Notes: generated from the sequence alone by a model not told the origin. A DNA stretch of 64,000 nucleotides from Minisyncoccota bacterium (GCA_041661005.1 JBAZVG010000001.1:295544-359543), one strand, 5' to 3'; shown: positions 38,711 to 48,270, numbered from the stretch's first letter. Numbers and translations: made by a program.

Positions 38711-38742
38711 CCATAATAGCAACGGCCGTTGCTATTATGGTA
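38711..38742. repeat. Near-perfect palindrome downstream of trxB
   Basis: ACCATAATAGCAACGGCCGTTGCTATTATGGT. Confidence 0.8.
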
Positions 38743-38811
38743 TCTCGAGTTATCCACTTTAAAAATACTTGCACGCTTTTTAAAAGAGAATATAATTTTA
38801 ATACTGTTATA

Positions 38812-38928
38812 TGTTGGAAATGAGGTTACCTGCCCGAAATGCTACGCACATGCGTTGCAGGCGGGGATTCCTCTACTGTGCCGCAACGGTAATATCTCAA
38901 CTGAGATTAGTCCGGTCTTCATCTAACA
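38812..38928 (+). promoter_or_regulatory. Cobalamin riboswitch (putative)
   Basis: P1 TGTTGGA..TGAGG/CTTCATCTAACA, core ACTGTGCCGCAACGGTAA, B12-box-like AGTCCGG; promoter TTGCAC..TATAAT upstream and terminator at 38971-38998. Confidence 0.75.
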
Positions 38929-39076
38929 GAGCTTCCGAGCAGGAGAAACCCCCGTTTAAAAGGGTTCCCAAAATTCTGCCGGCAGGCAGGATTTTTTTGT
39001 TTTTACCTGTCCCGTACTAAATTTTTGATTACGGGAAAAAATCGTTATTAATAAATTTTAAAATTTTAGTACTGGG

Positions 39077-39589
39077 ATGAAAAAACATAATAAAAAAATA
39101 TACACTGGGATTTTTATTGTTATAATCATTTTTCTGCTTTCTATATTTTTTACAATTACTTCTTTTGGAAAAAAAGAAAATATAGTCACCACCCCCAACC
39201 CCCTCCTCCACAAGGAGGGGGTACAAGCCACCTCTGATAAACCCAAAGCACAGAACCCTCCCCTCCTTAATCAAGGAGGGGCTAGGGGTGGTAATTCTTC
39301 CTCACCACAAAACAGTCAATCAGTCACCGTTTTGGCTGGAGATACAACGATATATCTACAACCCGGCATAATTTTTTATGACGCGCTGATTCAAGCAAAA
39401 AATACAGGCAAAATAACATTTTCTGGGAAAAATTATCCCGGACTCGGATTTTTTGTTACGGACATCGGGACACTTCACATGGGAAATGGTAAAAATCTGC
39501 TTTATTATGTAAACGGGAAAGAGGCAAATGTCGGCGTCTCTTCCTACACACTCAAAGAGGGCGACGTCATTGAGTGGAAATTAGAATAA
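39077..39589 (+). CDS. DUF4430 (transcobalamin beta-domain-like) membrane-anchored protein
   Basis: N-terminal TM; GLGFFVTDIG, YYVNGKEANVGVSSYTLKEGDVIEW. Confidence 0.85.
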   Translation: MKKHNKKIYTGIFIVIIIFLLSIFFTITSFGKKENIVTTPNPLLHKEGVQATSDKPKAQNPPLLNQGGARGGNSSSPQNSQSVTVLAGDTTIYLQPGIIFYDALIQAKNTGKITFSGKNYPGLGFFVTDIGTLHMGNGKNLLYYVNGKEANVGVSSYTLKEGDVIEWKLE

Positions 39590-39640
39590 ATATATGACCC
39601 TTCAATAAAAATTCAGGGTCATGGTGAGTAAAATCGAACC

Positions 39641-41947
39641 ATGAAGAAAATATTTAGCTTTGTTTTTATTTTGAGTTTTGTGTTAGTTGCATTTTCGGGA
39701 ACTTTTTTTACAACTAAATTGGCACTAGCGCAAGATGGCGTACCAATTATTACTTATACTTTAAACGGAGAATCGTCCAATGTTATAGTCAATCCTTTAA
39801 CCAATCCAGTACAATTGAACTTTGTATCGGATGAAAATATAGAAAATTGGGTTTCTGTTCGAATAGAAAATCAGGAAGATCCAAGTATCTATAAAATTTT
39901 TCTTCCAAAATCTCAGTGTGACAATACTTCCCAATGTAATGAAACATGGGACGGTGATATTTCCCCAAGTGATAAAACGTTAATTGATGGAATCTATTCA
40001 GTTATTGTCAAAATAGAAAATAAGACAGAACCAATTTTTAATCTTACGCTTACCTCTCCATACACCATACAAGTTGATACATCCATCCCAGAGCCAGAAC
40101 TAACCTCTACATTTATAATCAGAAATAGCGATTTGGAATTATACAACGGTTCAGTAACACTTCCTGAGGCAGAAAGCGATAGAAATGTACTTGCTGTCCT
40201 CAAAACGATCGATGAGAGTAGTGGGGCATTTGCTATTTCAAATATACAAGAATTTTCTTTTGGTTCATATTTGAAATGTATTTTGCCACAAGACGGAACA
40301 GAATTGTGCGACAATTGGCAATACGCTGTCGGTAATTTAACGCCATCTACAAGCATTGATACAACCCCACTTGTTGGCGGAGAAACAGTAGGAATATATT
40401 TTGGAACATCTCATCAATTAATTCTCGATACAAACATCATCACTGCTGGTGGATCGGTGAATGTCACAGCGCAAAAATATGATTATGAAAATAATATTTG
40501 GAATCCACTAACCGGCGTTTCGGTGGGCGTGACACTGCCAAATCCTGAAGATCAATGGAATCCAATAATTGTTGCCACTTATCCAGTTGATAATTTAGGA
40601 GTAGCTAACATTACAATCTCAGATGCAAATACATATACGCTCGGAATTGCTGAAGACTTTTATTTTCCTTCTTACACCGTTACTGTTTCAACGTCAAGCG
40701 GTGGCGGAGGAGGTGGAACTCAACCACCGATTTTTGATGCCGAAAAAGCACTAGCTTATTTAAAAAGTGTCCAGAGCGGAGACGGATCATTTGGCGACTC
40801 TCTTCTATACACAGACTGGGCAGGAATCGCGCTAGGAGCTATGGATGAAACCGGCAGTTCTCGCGATTCCCTTCTCGCATATTTCAACTCCAACAATAAC
40901 CTCAGTCCGCTTGTGACTGACAACGAACGGCACACCATGGCGCTTCTCGCGCTCGGACAAAATCCATACTCATTTGGTGACGTAAATTATATCAAACCGA
41001 TTATCGAAAGTTTTGACGGCACACAATTGGGCGACATTCATCTCGACAATGATGATATTTTTGGATTAATTGTACTTTCAAAAGTTGGTTATACAAAAAA
41101 TGATGAAATAATTATAAAAGATGTTGCTTTTGTAGTCTCAGCGCAAAATGCTGACGGCTCTTGGGATAATAGCCCAGATATGACCTCAGCCGCGATCCAA
41201 GCTCTCAAATCTTTTGATTCAATTACTGATGTCACAGAATCCCTTACAAAAGCTACGAACTATCTTGAATCTAAACAAGAAAGTGACGGCGGATGGGGAA
41301 ATATTTCTTCGACAAGCTGGGCGATGCAGGCAGAAAAAGTACTTCCCGCATCGTGGAGTAAAAATGGCAAAACTGGACTTGATTATTTAGGCACGCAACA
41401 AGCTACAGATGGCGCAGTACTCCCCGCCTCCGAGACTTTGCAAAATCGCATCTGGGCAACAAGCTATGCAATCCCAGCCGGACTCGGCAAGCCATGGAGT
41501 GAAATCATGCAATCGGTTTCAAAACCCGAAACAGAAGATCGGGGCAGTTCAAACGGTTCGAGAACAAGCGCGTCAGAAAATAATAGTGATACACAGATGC
41601 CGACTGGTCCTGTGTCCTGTCCTAAAGGAGACTTATTTAGCGTAAAAACTGGACAGGCTTGCACTGTGATAGATGAAAAACCACAGATCACCCAAGCTCC
41701 TGTTTTGGTTCGAAACACAAATGATTCTTCTGCGCAGAAAAAAACCTCTGTAATTTCAGAAATTCAAGAACCCGCAGATTCACTACCTCAAACAACAGAA
41801 ATAATTCCCAACACTCTGACTGCGGCAGCAATCGATGCCCTGACTACGCAGGAACAAACTACTCCCAGCAACACAGTCCCCATTGCCCTTGGAGCTTTAT
41901 CTGGAATTTTTCTTCTTTATCTAAGCTTTAGATTTTTTATTAAATAG
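39641..41947 (+). CDS. Surface protein with DUF4430-like domain and prenyltransferase/squalene-oxidase repeats (alpha/alpha barrel)
   Basis: Signal peptide; YLKSVQSGDGSFG, QNADGSW, YLESKQESDGGWG repeats; C-terminal TM. Confidence 0.8.
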   Translation: MKKIFSFVFILSFVLVAFSGTFFTTKLALAQDGVPIITYTLNGESSNVIVNPLTNPVQLNFVSDENIENWVSVRIENQEDPSIYKIFLPKSQCDNTSQCNETWDGDISPSDKTLIDGIYSVIVKIENKTEPIFNLTLTSPYTIQVDTSIPEPELTSTFIIRNSDLELYNGSVTLPEAESDRNVLAVLKTIDESSGAFAISNIQEFSFGSYLKCILPQDGTELCDNWQYAVGNLTPSTSIDTTPLVGGETVGIYFGTSHQLILDTNIITAGGSVNVTAQKYDYENNIWNPLTGVSVGVTLPNPEDQWNPIIVATYPVDNLGVANITISDANTYTLGIAEDFYFPSYTVTVSTSSGGGGGGTQPPIFDAEKALAYLKSVQSGDGSFGDSLLYTDWAGIALGAMDETGSSRDSLLAYFNSNNNLSPLVTDNERHTMALLALGQNPYSFGDVNYIKPIIESFDGTQLGDIHLDNDDIFGLIVLSKVGYTKNDEIIIKDVAFVVSAQNADGSWDNSPDMTSAAIQALKSFDSITDVTESLTKATNYLESKQESDGGWGNISSTSWAMQAEKVLPASWSKNGKTGLDYLGTQQATDGAVLPASETLQNRIWATSYAIPAGLGKPWSEIMQSVSKPETEDRGSSNGSRTSASENNSDTQMPTGPVSCPKGDLFSVKTGQACTVIDEKPQITQAPVLVRNTNDSSAQKKTSVISEIQEPADSLPQTTEIIPNTLTAAAIDALTTQEQTTPSNTVPIALGALSGIFLLYLSFRFFIK

Positions 41948-41989
41948 AATCAGAAATTGTGTAGATCTTTCTGTCTCCCCTCATAAAAG

Positions 41990-42076
41990 CGGAGATGGTG
42001 AGATTTGAACTCACGATCGAGTTGCCCCGATGCCGGTTTTCGAAACCGGTGCCTTCAACCACTCAGCCACATCTCC
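41990..42076 (-). tRNA. tRNA-Ser (anticodon CGA)
   Basis: GGAGATG acceptor, CCGGT-TTCGAAA-ACCGG anticodon arm, long variable arm, GTTCAAATC. Confidence 0.95.
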
Positions 42077-42200
42077 TTGCTATGCTCGTCATTGTGTCTT
42101 CGTGCCCTCTTGGGCTCTTCCCTATGTCTTTATGCTAAAGCATATTAGACATTTCTGTAAAAGCAGAATCAGATGAAATATGAAGCAGTTCATATTTCAT

Positions 42201-42214
42201 AGCCACATCTCCTT
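42201..42214 (-). repeat. 14-bp duplication of the tRNA-Ser 5' end
   Basis: AGCCACATCTCCTT at 42065-42078 and 42201-42214. Confidence 0.75.
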
Positions 42215-42251
42215 ATGTTCAATCTACCATTTTTTTGTATTCTGTCTAGAT

Positions 42252-42710
42252 TTATCTGATTCCACTATCAAACAAAATATCCAATCTAGTTGTTTTTTTT
42301 GAATCAAAAGTGATCGGCCCACGTGTCTTTAAAATAGGATAGCTTTCCGTGGTTATTTCACCTGGATTTGGAGGAATACTATGATTGGTGATTGTGTATG
42401 TATCTGCAGAAAGTCTAACTTCATATATGCCTTTTCTATTAGAAGTTGCAGATTTTCTTAGCTGGCCATCTGACGAAACAAAATAGATAGTTGTTTCAAA
42501 TGGTTTATCCGCGCATGATTCTGTCGTAGGGTAAGTGACTACAGAACAAACTGGACCTAAATAAATTGAACCCGTAACGATAACTTTATCTATTTCTTTA
42601 CTAGTTTTTTCTTTTGCTTGTAAGACAGAAATACCTATAACTAAGGTTGTGAACATAACAGTAATGATAAGAAAAAATTTTACCCTTGCTGATTTTGTAT
42701 TTTGAGTCAT
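42252..42710 (-). CDS. Secreted or anchored hypothetical protein (carboxypeptidase-regulatory-like beta fold)
   Basis: TM, GSIYLGPVC..C, GIYEVRL..DTYTI, FDSGIR end. Confidence 0.7.
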   Translation of the reverse strand: MTQNTKSARVKFFLIITVMFTTLVIGISVLQAKEKTSKEIDKVIVTGSIYLGPVCSVVTYPTTESCADKPFETTIYFVSSDGQLRKSATSNRKGIYEVRLSADTYTITNHSIPPNPGEITTESYPILKTRGPITFDSKKTTRLDILFDSGIR

Positions 42711-42734
42711 ATATTATTAAATTTAATTATTAAT

Positions 42735-43115
42735 TTATACACAAAGAAAGTATATCATATTGTTAACTAAGGGAGCAGTTTCTTTCTTTTCGCCGATAAC
42801 CTTACCAACATAACAATAGGAAGTTTGGATTCTATTAAATTCGGTACGATACTCAATTATTATTCCGAGTTCTGAAATTACTTCCACATCAAAACCAACT
42901 TCTTCTAAACATTCTCTGCGAAAAGCAGTTATCTTATCTTCTCCATCCTCAATACCTCCACCTGGTAATTTATAGTATTCATGTTTTGAAACTGGAAGAA
43001 CAGCTACATTATTATTTAAATCAAACACAACACCTCTTGCTGCCAAACGAGGCTCAAGCTTTTTTCCTTCTTCTTCAGTAATATTTGCTGGGTTTATAAT
43101 TCTAAGTATTTTCAT
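42735..43115 (-). CDS. NUDIX hydrolase, probably C-terminally truncated
   Basis: Nudix box GGGIEDGEDKITAFRRECLEEVG. Confidence 0.85.
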   Translation of the reverse strand: MKILRIINPANITEEEGKKLEPRLAARGVVFDLNNNVAVLPVSKHEYYKLPGGGIEDGEDKITAFRRECLEEVGFDVEVISELGIIIEYRTEFNRIQTSYCYVGKVIGEKKETAPLVNNMIYFLCV

Positions 43116-43122
43116 GTTTATA

Positions 43123-43583
43123 TTATAGCAAAATACTTATGATAAATATTCCAAAACCAATAGCAATAAGATTATGTGTATTTTCAAAAAATTTACCTTC
43201 TGAATCTTTTTGACCAGAAGACTTCCATTCTTTAGGATATAAAGAGTCTTCTAAGTTATTAAAATGTGATTTCTTATAGAAACCTAGGGAATCCTCAATC
43301 TTGGCCAATATTCTCCTTTGACCATTAAAACCTTTTTCTAAGTCAGAAAAATAAAATTTTTTTAGTACGAACCAAATTATCAAAGAAAAAATACTTAAAG
43401 TAATTTTTTGTTTATCACTAAAACAGATCTCTGATTGAAAAAGCCACCCAGATGCCGCCAAAAGTAATCCAAGTATCCACAGTGCAACTGTTTGTACTCT
43501 TTCTCGTATTGTATGCACAGATGTATATCTTTCTTGAAGTGCAATTAAAAGGGTATCGATTTTTGTTGTTCATTCATTTCCAT
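43123..43583 (-). CDS. 3-TM membrane protein, putative CBASS effector; 5' frameshift near 43560
   Basis: ATG at 43583 right after the NTase stop; adding one A to the A5 run gives MEMNEQQKIDTLLIALQERYTSV fused to the 43123-43518 ORF. Confidence 0.65.
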
Positions 43584-43587
43584 ATAT

Positions 43588-44466
43588 TTAGTTAATTAAA
43601 GTATAAACTTTTTCTAAGAATGTTTTAGCCTGTTCGTTTGTTCTTGCACTTTGACCTTTAAATAACCAGAGCAAGTCACTAACTTCAGCATATTCATGAG
43701 CTGTTTCAACAACAGACATATCTGCATATAGCTTTTTAAGGACATCATTCACTTTTTCTTTATGAGTATAGTTTTTAAAATGAGGATGCGGAACATTCCA
43801 GACCAAGCACTCCAAGAAAAATGATGGCATTGCTTTATCGTCAATGTGGTTATTATCAATCAGATGATTTCTACAATTTTTAATTGTTCTTACTATTGAT
43901 TTATAAATTTGATCCGTATTTTTGTTTTTCTCAACACCGTTTTCATAATGTTGTTTTGGAAAACTCCTTACTCTATTACCGTCATCTGAAACAAGCTCAA
44001 TGCCTTCAACTGAAACTGTTGTAGCACTACTAAATCTTTTATGAACAAAACATGCTATCACATCGGCATTAACGCGATAGGAATTTTTATTCACTCTTAT
44101 ACATTTATTTTTTCTTTCTACAGAACTAGAGAAGTTATTCTTAAGCACTTGCTCAACATCATTTTTAAATTGTGAAAATTTATATTCACTAGTACTATAA
44201 TAAGCCTTATGTAAAGCCTTATCTTGAGGTGAGAGACTTGATATTTCTGGGAAAAACGCATCTTGGTAGCAAACAACTATATCAACATCACTATCTTGTC
44301 TTACATTGGTACTGTTTTTATATGAACCTTGTAGAAAAATATCAACTTTTGATCCAAATTTCTCTTTTAATACTTTTGTTATGGAAGCAACAGTTGCGGA
44401 ACACCTTGCGTTTTCAGTTTCACTAAGTGGTTTAGACCAGTTTTGAAGTTGTTGTTCTGTAATCAT
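43588..44466 (-). CDS. cGAS/DncV-like nucleotidyltransferase (CD-NTase, CdnE-like)
   Basis: LQGSYKNSTNVRQDSDVDIVV, ADVIAC, FPKQHYENG.EKN, SFFLECLVWNVP. Confidence 0.88.
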   Translation of the reverse strand: MITEQQLQNWSKPLSETENARCSATVASITKVLKEKFGSKVDIFLQGSYKNSTNVRQDSDVDIVVCYQDAFFPEISSLSPQDKALHKAYYSTSEYKFSQFKNDVEQVLKNNFSSSVERKNKCIRVNKNSYRVNADVIACFVHKRFSSATTVSVEGIELVSDDGNRVRSFPKQHYENGVEKNKNTDQIYKSIVRTIKNCRNHLIDNNHIDDKAMPSFFLECLVWNVPHPHFKNYTHKEKVNDVLKKLYADMSVVETAHEYAEVSDLLWLFKGQSARTNEQAKTFLEKVYTLIN

Positions 44467-44526
44467 ATGTAAAGTGTGGATAACTACTACTTGTATACAT
44501 TCTAATTATTTTCTATAATACTATAC

Positions 44527-46392
44527 ATGCTCACAAAAAAGCAAGTGGATATCTTAAAGTTTATAAAAACTTATAGGGAGAAAAATGGCTATGCCCCCTC
44601 TCTTGAGGAAATAAAGAAAAAGTTTAAAATGGCATCGGTCTCAACAGCTCACTACTATATTAGCAAGTTGCAAGATGCTGGTTTTTTAAATAAAGAACAC
44701 AATCAACCTCGCGGTGTTTCCACAAAAGAAGCAAAACAAACTGTTGAAATTCCTATACTTGGCGCAATCGCCGCAGGACAGCCGATTGAGGCAATAGAAA
44801 TTCCAGACGAAACAATAACAATTACGAAAGATGAAATAGGACAGCAAGGGAAACATTATGCTTTACGCGTTCAAGGTAGCAGTATGATTGACGAAGGTAT
44901 TTTTGACGGTGACATTGTGGTTATAAGAAAACAAGAAGTCGCGGAAAATGGACAAACTGTTGTAGCTGTAATTGACGACAATGAAGCAACGCTAAAAAAA
45001 CTTTATCGCGAGAAAGGAAGATTCAGACTTCAACCCGCAAATCCGACCTTGTTTCCAATTTATAGAGACGAAGTAGAAGTCAGAGGCGTAGTTGTTAAAA
45101 TAATTCGCAACCTTGAATCACAACTTGACCAAGGGCAATCGAGAAAAGAAAAATATGTTCGTAAAATAGATTACTCATGGGATTATAGGGGGGAGAAAAC
45201 AAAATCATACACACACGGAATACATACTTATCCTGCTATGTTTATTCCCCAAGTCGGGCGGAGATTACTAGAAACTTATAGCAAGGAAGGCGACACTGTT
45301 TGTGATATTTTTTGTGGCTCTGGGACTGCTCTTGTAGAAAGTAGATTGCTGGGAAGAAATGCTTATGGTATTGATCTGAATCCGCTTGCCATTTTTCTTG
45401 CACATGCAAAGACAACACCAATTAATCCTCAAAAACTAACAAAGGAATACATAACATTATTAGACCGAATAGAAAAAATAAAAGACAACCAAATAAAAAG
45501 ACCTGAATTTAATAATATAGATTTTTGGTTTAAAGACAAAGTTATAGTTAAACTTGCCAAACTGAAAAAAGCTATTAAAGAAATAAAAGACCAGTCAATC
45601 CAGAATTTCTTAATGGTTGCCTTTAGTGAAACTGTTCGCTACTCATCAAATTGTAAAAATGGTGAGTTCAAATTGGTGCGTGTTAAAAGGGAAAAACTTG
45701 AAAAACATGATCCTGATGTTCTGGGAATTTTTCGTAAACATGCAGAAAAAAATATAGTTGGAATGACTCAATTTTTCAAAGATGCAAAAAAGGATTCATG
45801 GACAAAAATTATATATGGAGATTCATCAAAAGATAATGGTATAAAAGAAAAATCCATTGACTGCATTATTACTTCTCCTCCATACGGAGATAGTCGGACA
45901 ACAGTTGCTTATGGTCAATTTTCTCGTTTATCTGCTCAATGGATTGATATATTTGATGATCCAAATGACGCTTCGGGCGTAGACAACGCTTTGCTTGGTG
46001 GTAAAGCTACAAAAAACTTAATCCATCTATTGCCATCAGATTATTTAAAAGAATCATTAGAAAAAATTGCCAAACAAGACGAGGTAAGAGCAAGAGATGT
46101 ATTGAGTTTTTATATCGGATTAAGTGACTGCTTGAAACAAGCATATAAAATTCTAAAATCTAAAAAGTATTTCTGTTTAGTAATTGGTAATAGATTAGTT
46201 AAACAAGTTAGAATTCCTACAGATTTTATAATTGCTGAATTAGCCGAGAAAATAGGATTTACTTGCGAGGATATCATAGTCCGAAATATTCCAGGCAAAA
46301 GAATGCCGATCAAAAACTCCCCGACCAACATTGTCGGCGCTTTAGAAGAAACAATGAATAAAGAAAGTATTGTTGTGTTAAGGAAAAACTAG
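44527..46392 (+). CDS. LexA repressor fused to a DNA amino-methyltransferase (probably m4C)
   Basis: LexA wHTH, IAAG cleavage site, GSSM Ser, ATLKK Lys; then HTYPAMF, DIFCGSGT and ITSPPY. Confidence 0.9.
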   Translation: MLTKKQVDILKFIKTYREKNGYAPSLEEIKKKFKMASVSTAHYYISKLQDAGFLNKEHNQPRGVSTKEAKQTVEIPILGAIAAGQPIEAIEIPDETITITKDEIGQQGKHYALRVQGSSMIDEGIFDGDIVVIRKQEVAENGQTVVAVIDDNEATLKKLYREKGRFRLQPANPTLFPIYRDEVEVRGVVVKIIRNLESQLDQGQSRKEKYVRKIDYSWDYRGEKTKSYTHGIHTYPAMFIPQVGRRLLETYSKEGDTVCDIFCGSGTALVESRLLGRNAYGIDLNPLAIFLAHAKTTPINPQKLTKEYITLLDRIEKIKDNQIKRPEFNNIDFWFKDKVIVKLAKLKKAIKEIKDQSIQNFLMVAFSETVRYSSNCKNGEFKLVRVKREKLEKHDPDVLGIFRKHAEKNIVGMTQFFKDAKKDSWTKIIYGDSSKDNGIKEKSIDCIITSPPYGDSRTTVAYGQFSRLSAQWIDIFDDPNDASGVDNALLGGKATKNLIHLLPSDYLKESLEKIAKQDEVRARDVLSFYIGLSDCLKQAYKILKSKKYFCLVIGNRLVKQVRIPTDFIIAELAEKIGFTCEDIIVRNIPGKRMPIKNSPTNIVGALEETMNKESIVVLRKN

Positions 46393-47090
46393 ACCAGTTC
46401 AACTTTAGTATCAAAACATTTATACAACTGATTCGGCTTTACACGAAAGGCAGTACCGTGGTTTCGCACAGATCCGCTTGGCCGATAGTACATGCGTAGA
46501 TCCACGACGACAGCATCTTTCTTCACCATCGCCTTGAAGTGCGCGAAATCGAAGCCTTCAAGAAAATATGCTTGGTTGAAATAGAAATGTTCGGTTCCGC
46601 GTATTTCCTTGGATTCGGCAAGCACATAAACAAGGGCTGGCAATTTAGCTTCGAATTTCCGTTGGAGATCTGTCATGTCCCAATAAATATTTAGCTTCCT
46701 TCCCTTACCAACGATCCGAACCTTATCTTTCTCCACCTTAAGTTTCAGACCTTGATTGTTGTAGCGTTTACAGGAAAGCATGACGTGGAGTTCTTTCGGT
46801 CGCCCATTGTCTCTTTTTGAGTAGCCGAAGCTATCCAGTAGCATTCGATCACGATCTCCACCTGCTGGACGGGGTTCCAGTGTAAAGAACGTCAATGGCG
46901 CGACGGCGCTTTTACGATATGCTTTGAGTTCTGCTATTTCACCAATGTCAGGAAGTGGGATGTTATTTTCTTTTATACCTAGTAAATCCTCAAGAGTTTT
47001 ACCTATTCCAGTATCACCTTTTCTGTGGGTTTTAACGAAACCAAGAACCTTGATTGCTTTGAGTTTTCTTTTGAGTTCCGGAAGTGTCAT
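46389..47090 (-). CDS. MvaI/BcnI-family type II restriction endonuclease
   Basis: GDTGIGKTLEDLLGIKENN, PD..ELK, RNHGTAFR. Confidence 0.88.
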   Translation of the reverse strand: MTLPELKRKLKAIKVLGFVKTHRKGDTGIGKTLEDLLGIKENNIPLPDIGEIAELKAYRKSAVAPLTFFTLEPRPAGGDRDRMLLDSFGYSKRDNGRPKELHVMLSCKRYNNQGLKLKVEKDKVRIVGKGRKLNIYWDMTDLQRKFEAKLPALVYVLAESKEIRGTEHFYFNQAYFLEGFDFAHFKAMVKKDAVVVDLRMYYRPSGSVRNHGTAFRVKPNQLYKCFDTKVELV

Positions 47091-47091
47091 A

Positions 47092-47313
47092 TTATTTAAT
47101 AAAAAATGACACATCCTTTTTATAAATGACCGCAAACTTCTTTATCTCTGCTACATCAAGTCTTCTTTCCCCAGATTCAATTTTTGAAATATAGGATTGT
47201 GGCTTACCGAGCTTATCAGCCACGGCTTGCTGTGTAAGTCCGGCTTCAATACGCCCTTTTTTCAAGCGTTCAATGATTGATTTATATTCTTTTGTATAAA
47301 CTGACTTATTCAT
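47092..47313 (-). CDS. XRE-family HTH protein (putative R-M controller)
   Basis: GLTQQAVADKLGKPQSYISKIESGERRLD; directly upstream of the REase. Confidence 0.85.
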   Translation of the reverse strand: MNKSVYTKEYKSIIERLKKGRIEAGLTQQAVADKLGKPQSYISKIESGERRLDVAEIKKFAVIYKKDVSFFIK

Positions 47314-47515
47314 AGGTATGGTAATAATATATCCCTTTATGGTATAATCCCAAAATAGGATTATTCAGTATTCTTACCCCTCATCCGCCATCCATTCGCG
47401 CACAAAACCGCCGTGAAAACTATAAGACGGCGACGAGCTCCCTTAATTTTTTTCATACATTGACAAATCAGCCAGACGTGCTATGGTGATGTTGGATAGT
47501 CAACCAAGGGAATAA

Positions 47516-47851
47516 ATGAGCACTATAATCAAGTCAGGGTATCTCAAGCTTCACAAAGGTGGCATCATGGCCACAATCATGTTCAGCAATGGACACGAAT
47601 CACAAGTCCTCGCCACCAAGCGCTAAGCGCTGGAAATCGGTGAGGCTCTGCTCGGCCTAAGCATCACTGAAGAAGAGTGGAAAATCATCCGCCAGCAAGT
47701 TCATGCTAGCAGGCTCATCGACCGGAACGCCGAACTCGAAGCCATGGTCAGCACCATGGAAGGTAAACTCGAGGAACTGCGCCGAGAGATCGAAAAGGTG
47801 ATGCGTGAACAGGCGCAACAAGATGGCGAGGGTGAAGAGTGGAAGTCGTGA
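47516..47851 (+). pseudogene. Orphan gene with in-frame TAA at 47624-47626
   Basis: 111 codons open except for one stop; TTGACA at 47460, AAGGGA SD-like motif, hairpin at 47865-47894. Confidence 0.65.
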
Positions 47852-47925
47852 ACATCAATCAACAGGGGTTGGCCAATGAAAGTTGACCAACCCCAAACTG
47901 TTTATATAATTAAAATTTTAAATAT

Positions 47926-48170
47926 TTAGATTCTAAAATACGAAACCATATGTCCAGTTTTTCCATTCTGTTTTATTTTTCCTTCTTTTTCGAGTTGTGA
48001 AAGATATCGGGTCGCTGTTGCGTCAGATACATGAAGAAATTTCTCGACTTCGTCATTTGTAATTTTAGATTGTTTTAGAAACAAAGACATCACTTTATCT
48101 AATTTCTTTCGCTTTCGGAATTGAATTGCGTTTCGAGCTGTGATTAGAAGTTCGCGAACAAAAGACTTTT
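47926..48170 (-). pseudogene. C-terminal winged-helix fragment (DeoR/Fic-type HTH)
   Basis: ITNDEVEKFLHVSDATATRYLSQLEKEGKI; the ORF's N-terminus runs through a repeat. Confidence 0.6.
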
Positions 48171-48176
48171 TAGTGG

Positions 48177-48201
48177 TTGAGTAAGGACTACCCTTGCTCA
48201 A
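48177..48201. repeat. REP-like hairpin TTGAGYAAGGACTACCCTTGCTYAA, 3 copies
   Basis: Copies at 48177-48201, 48611-48634 and 52006-52030. Confidence 0.8.
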
Positions 48202-48236
48202 TGTTTTATGAGTGAGTTTGTTCACATTTGTTGGAG

Positions 48237-48266
48237 TTTCCGTGTGTCGTATAAAAAGTATTTCAT
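48237..48266 (-). pseudogene. Decayed N-terminus of a resolvase-family serine recombinase
   Basis: ATG AAA TAC TTT TTA TAC GAC ACA CGG AAA = MKYFLYDTRK; removing 3 nt gives MKYFLYARK, the Y-x-R start of serine recombinases. Confidence 0.45.
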
Positions 48267-48270
48267 ATCT

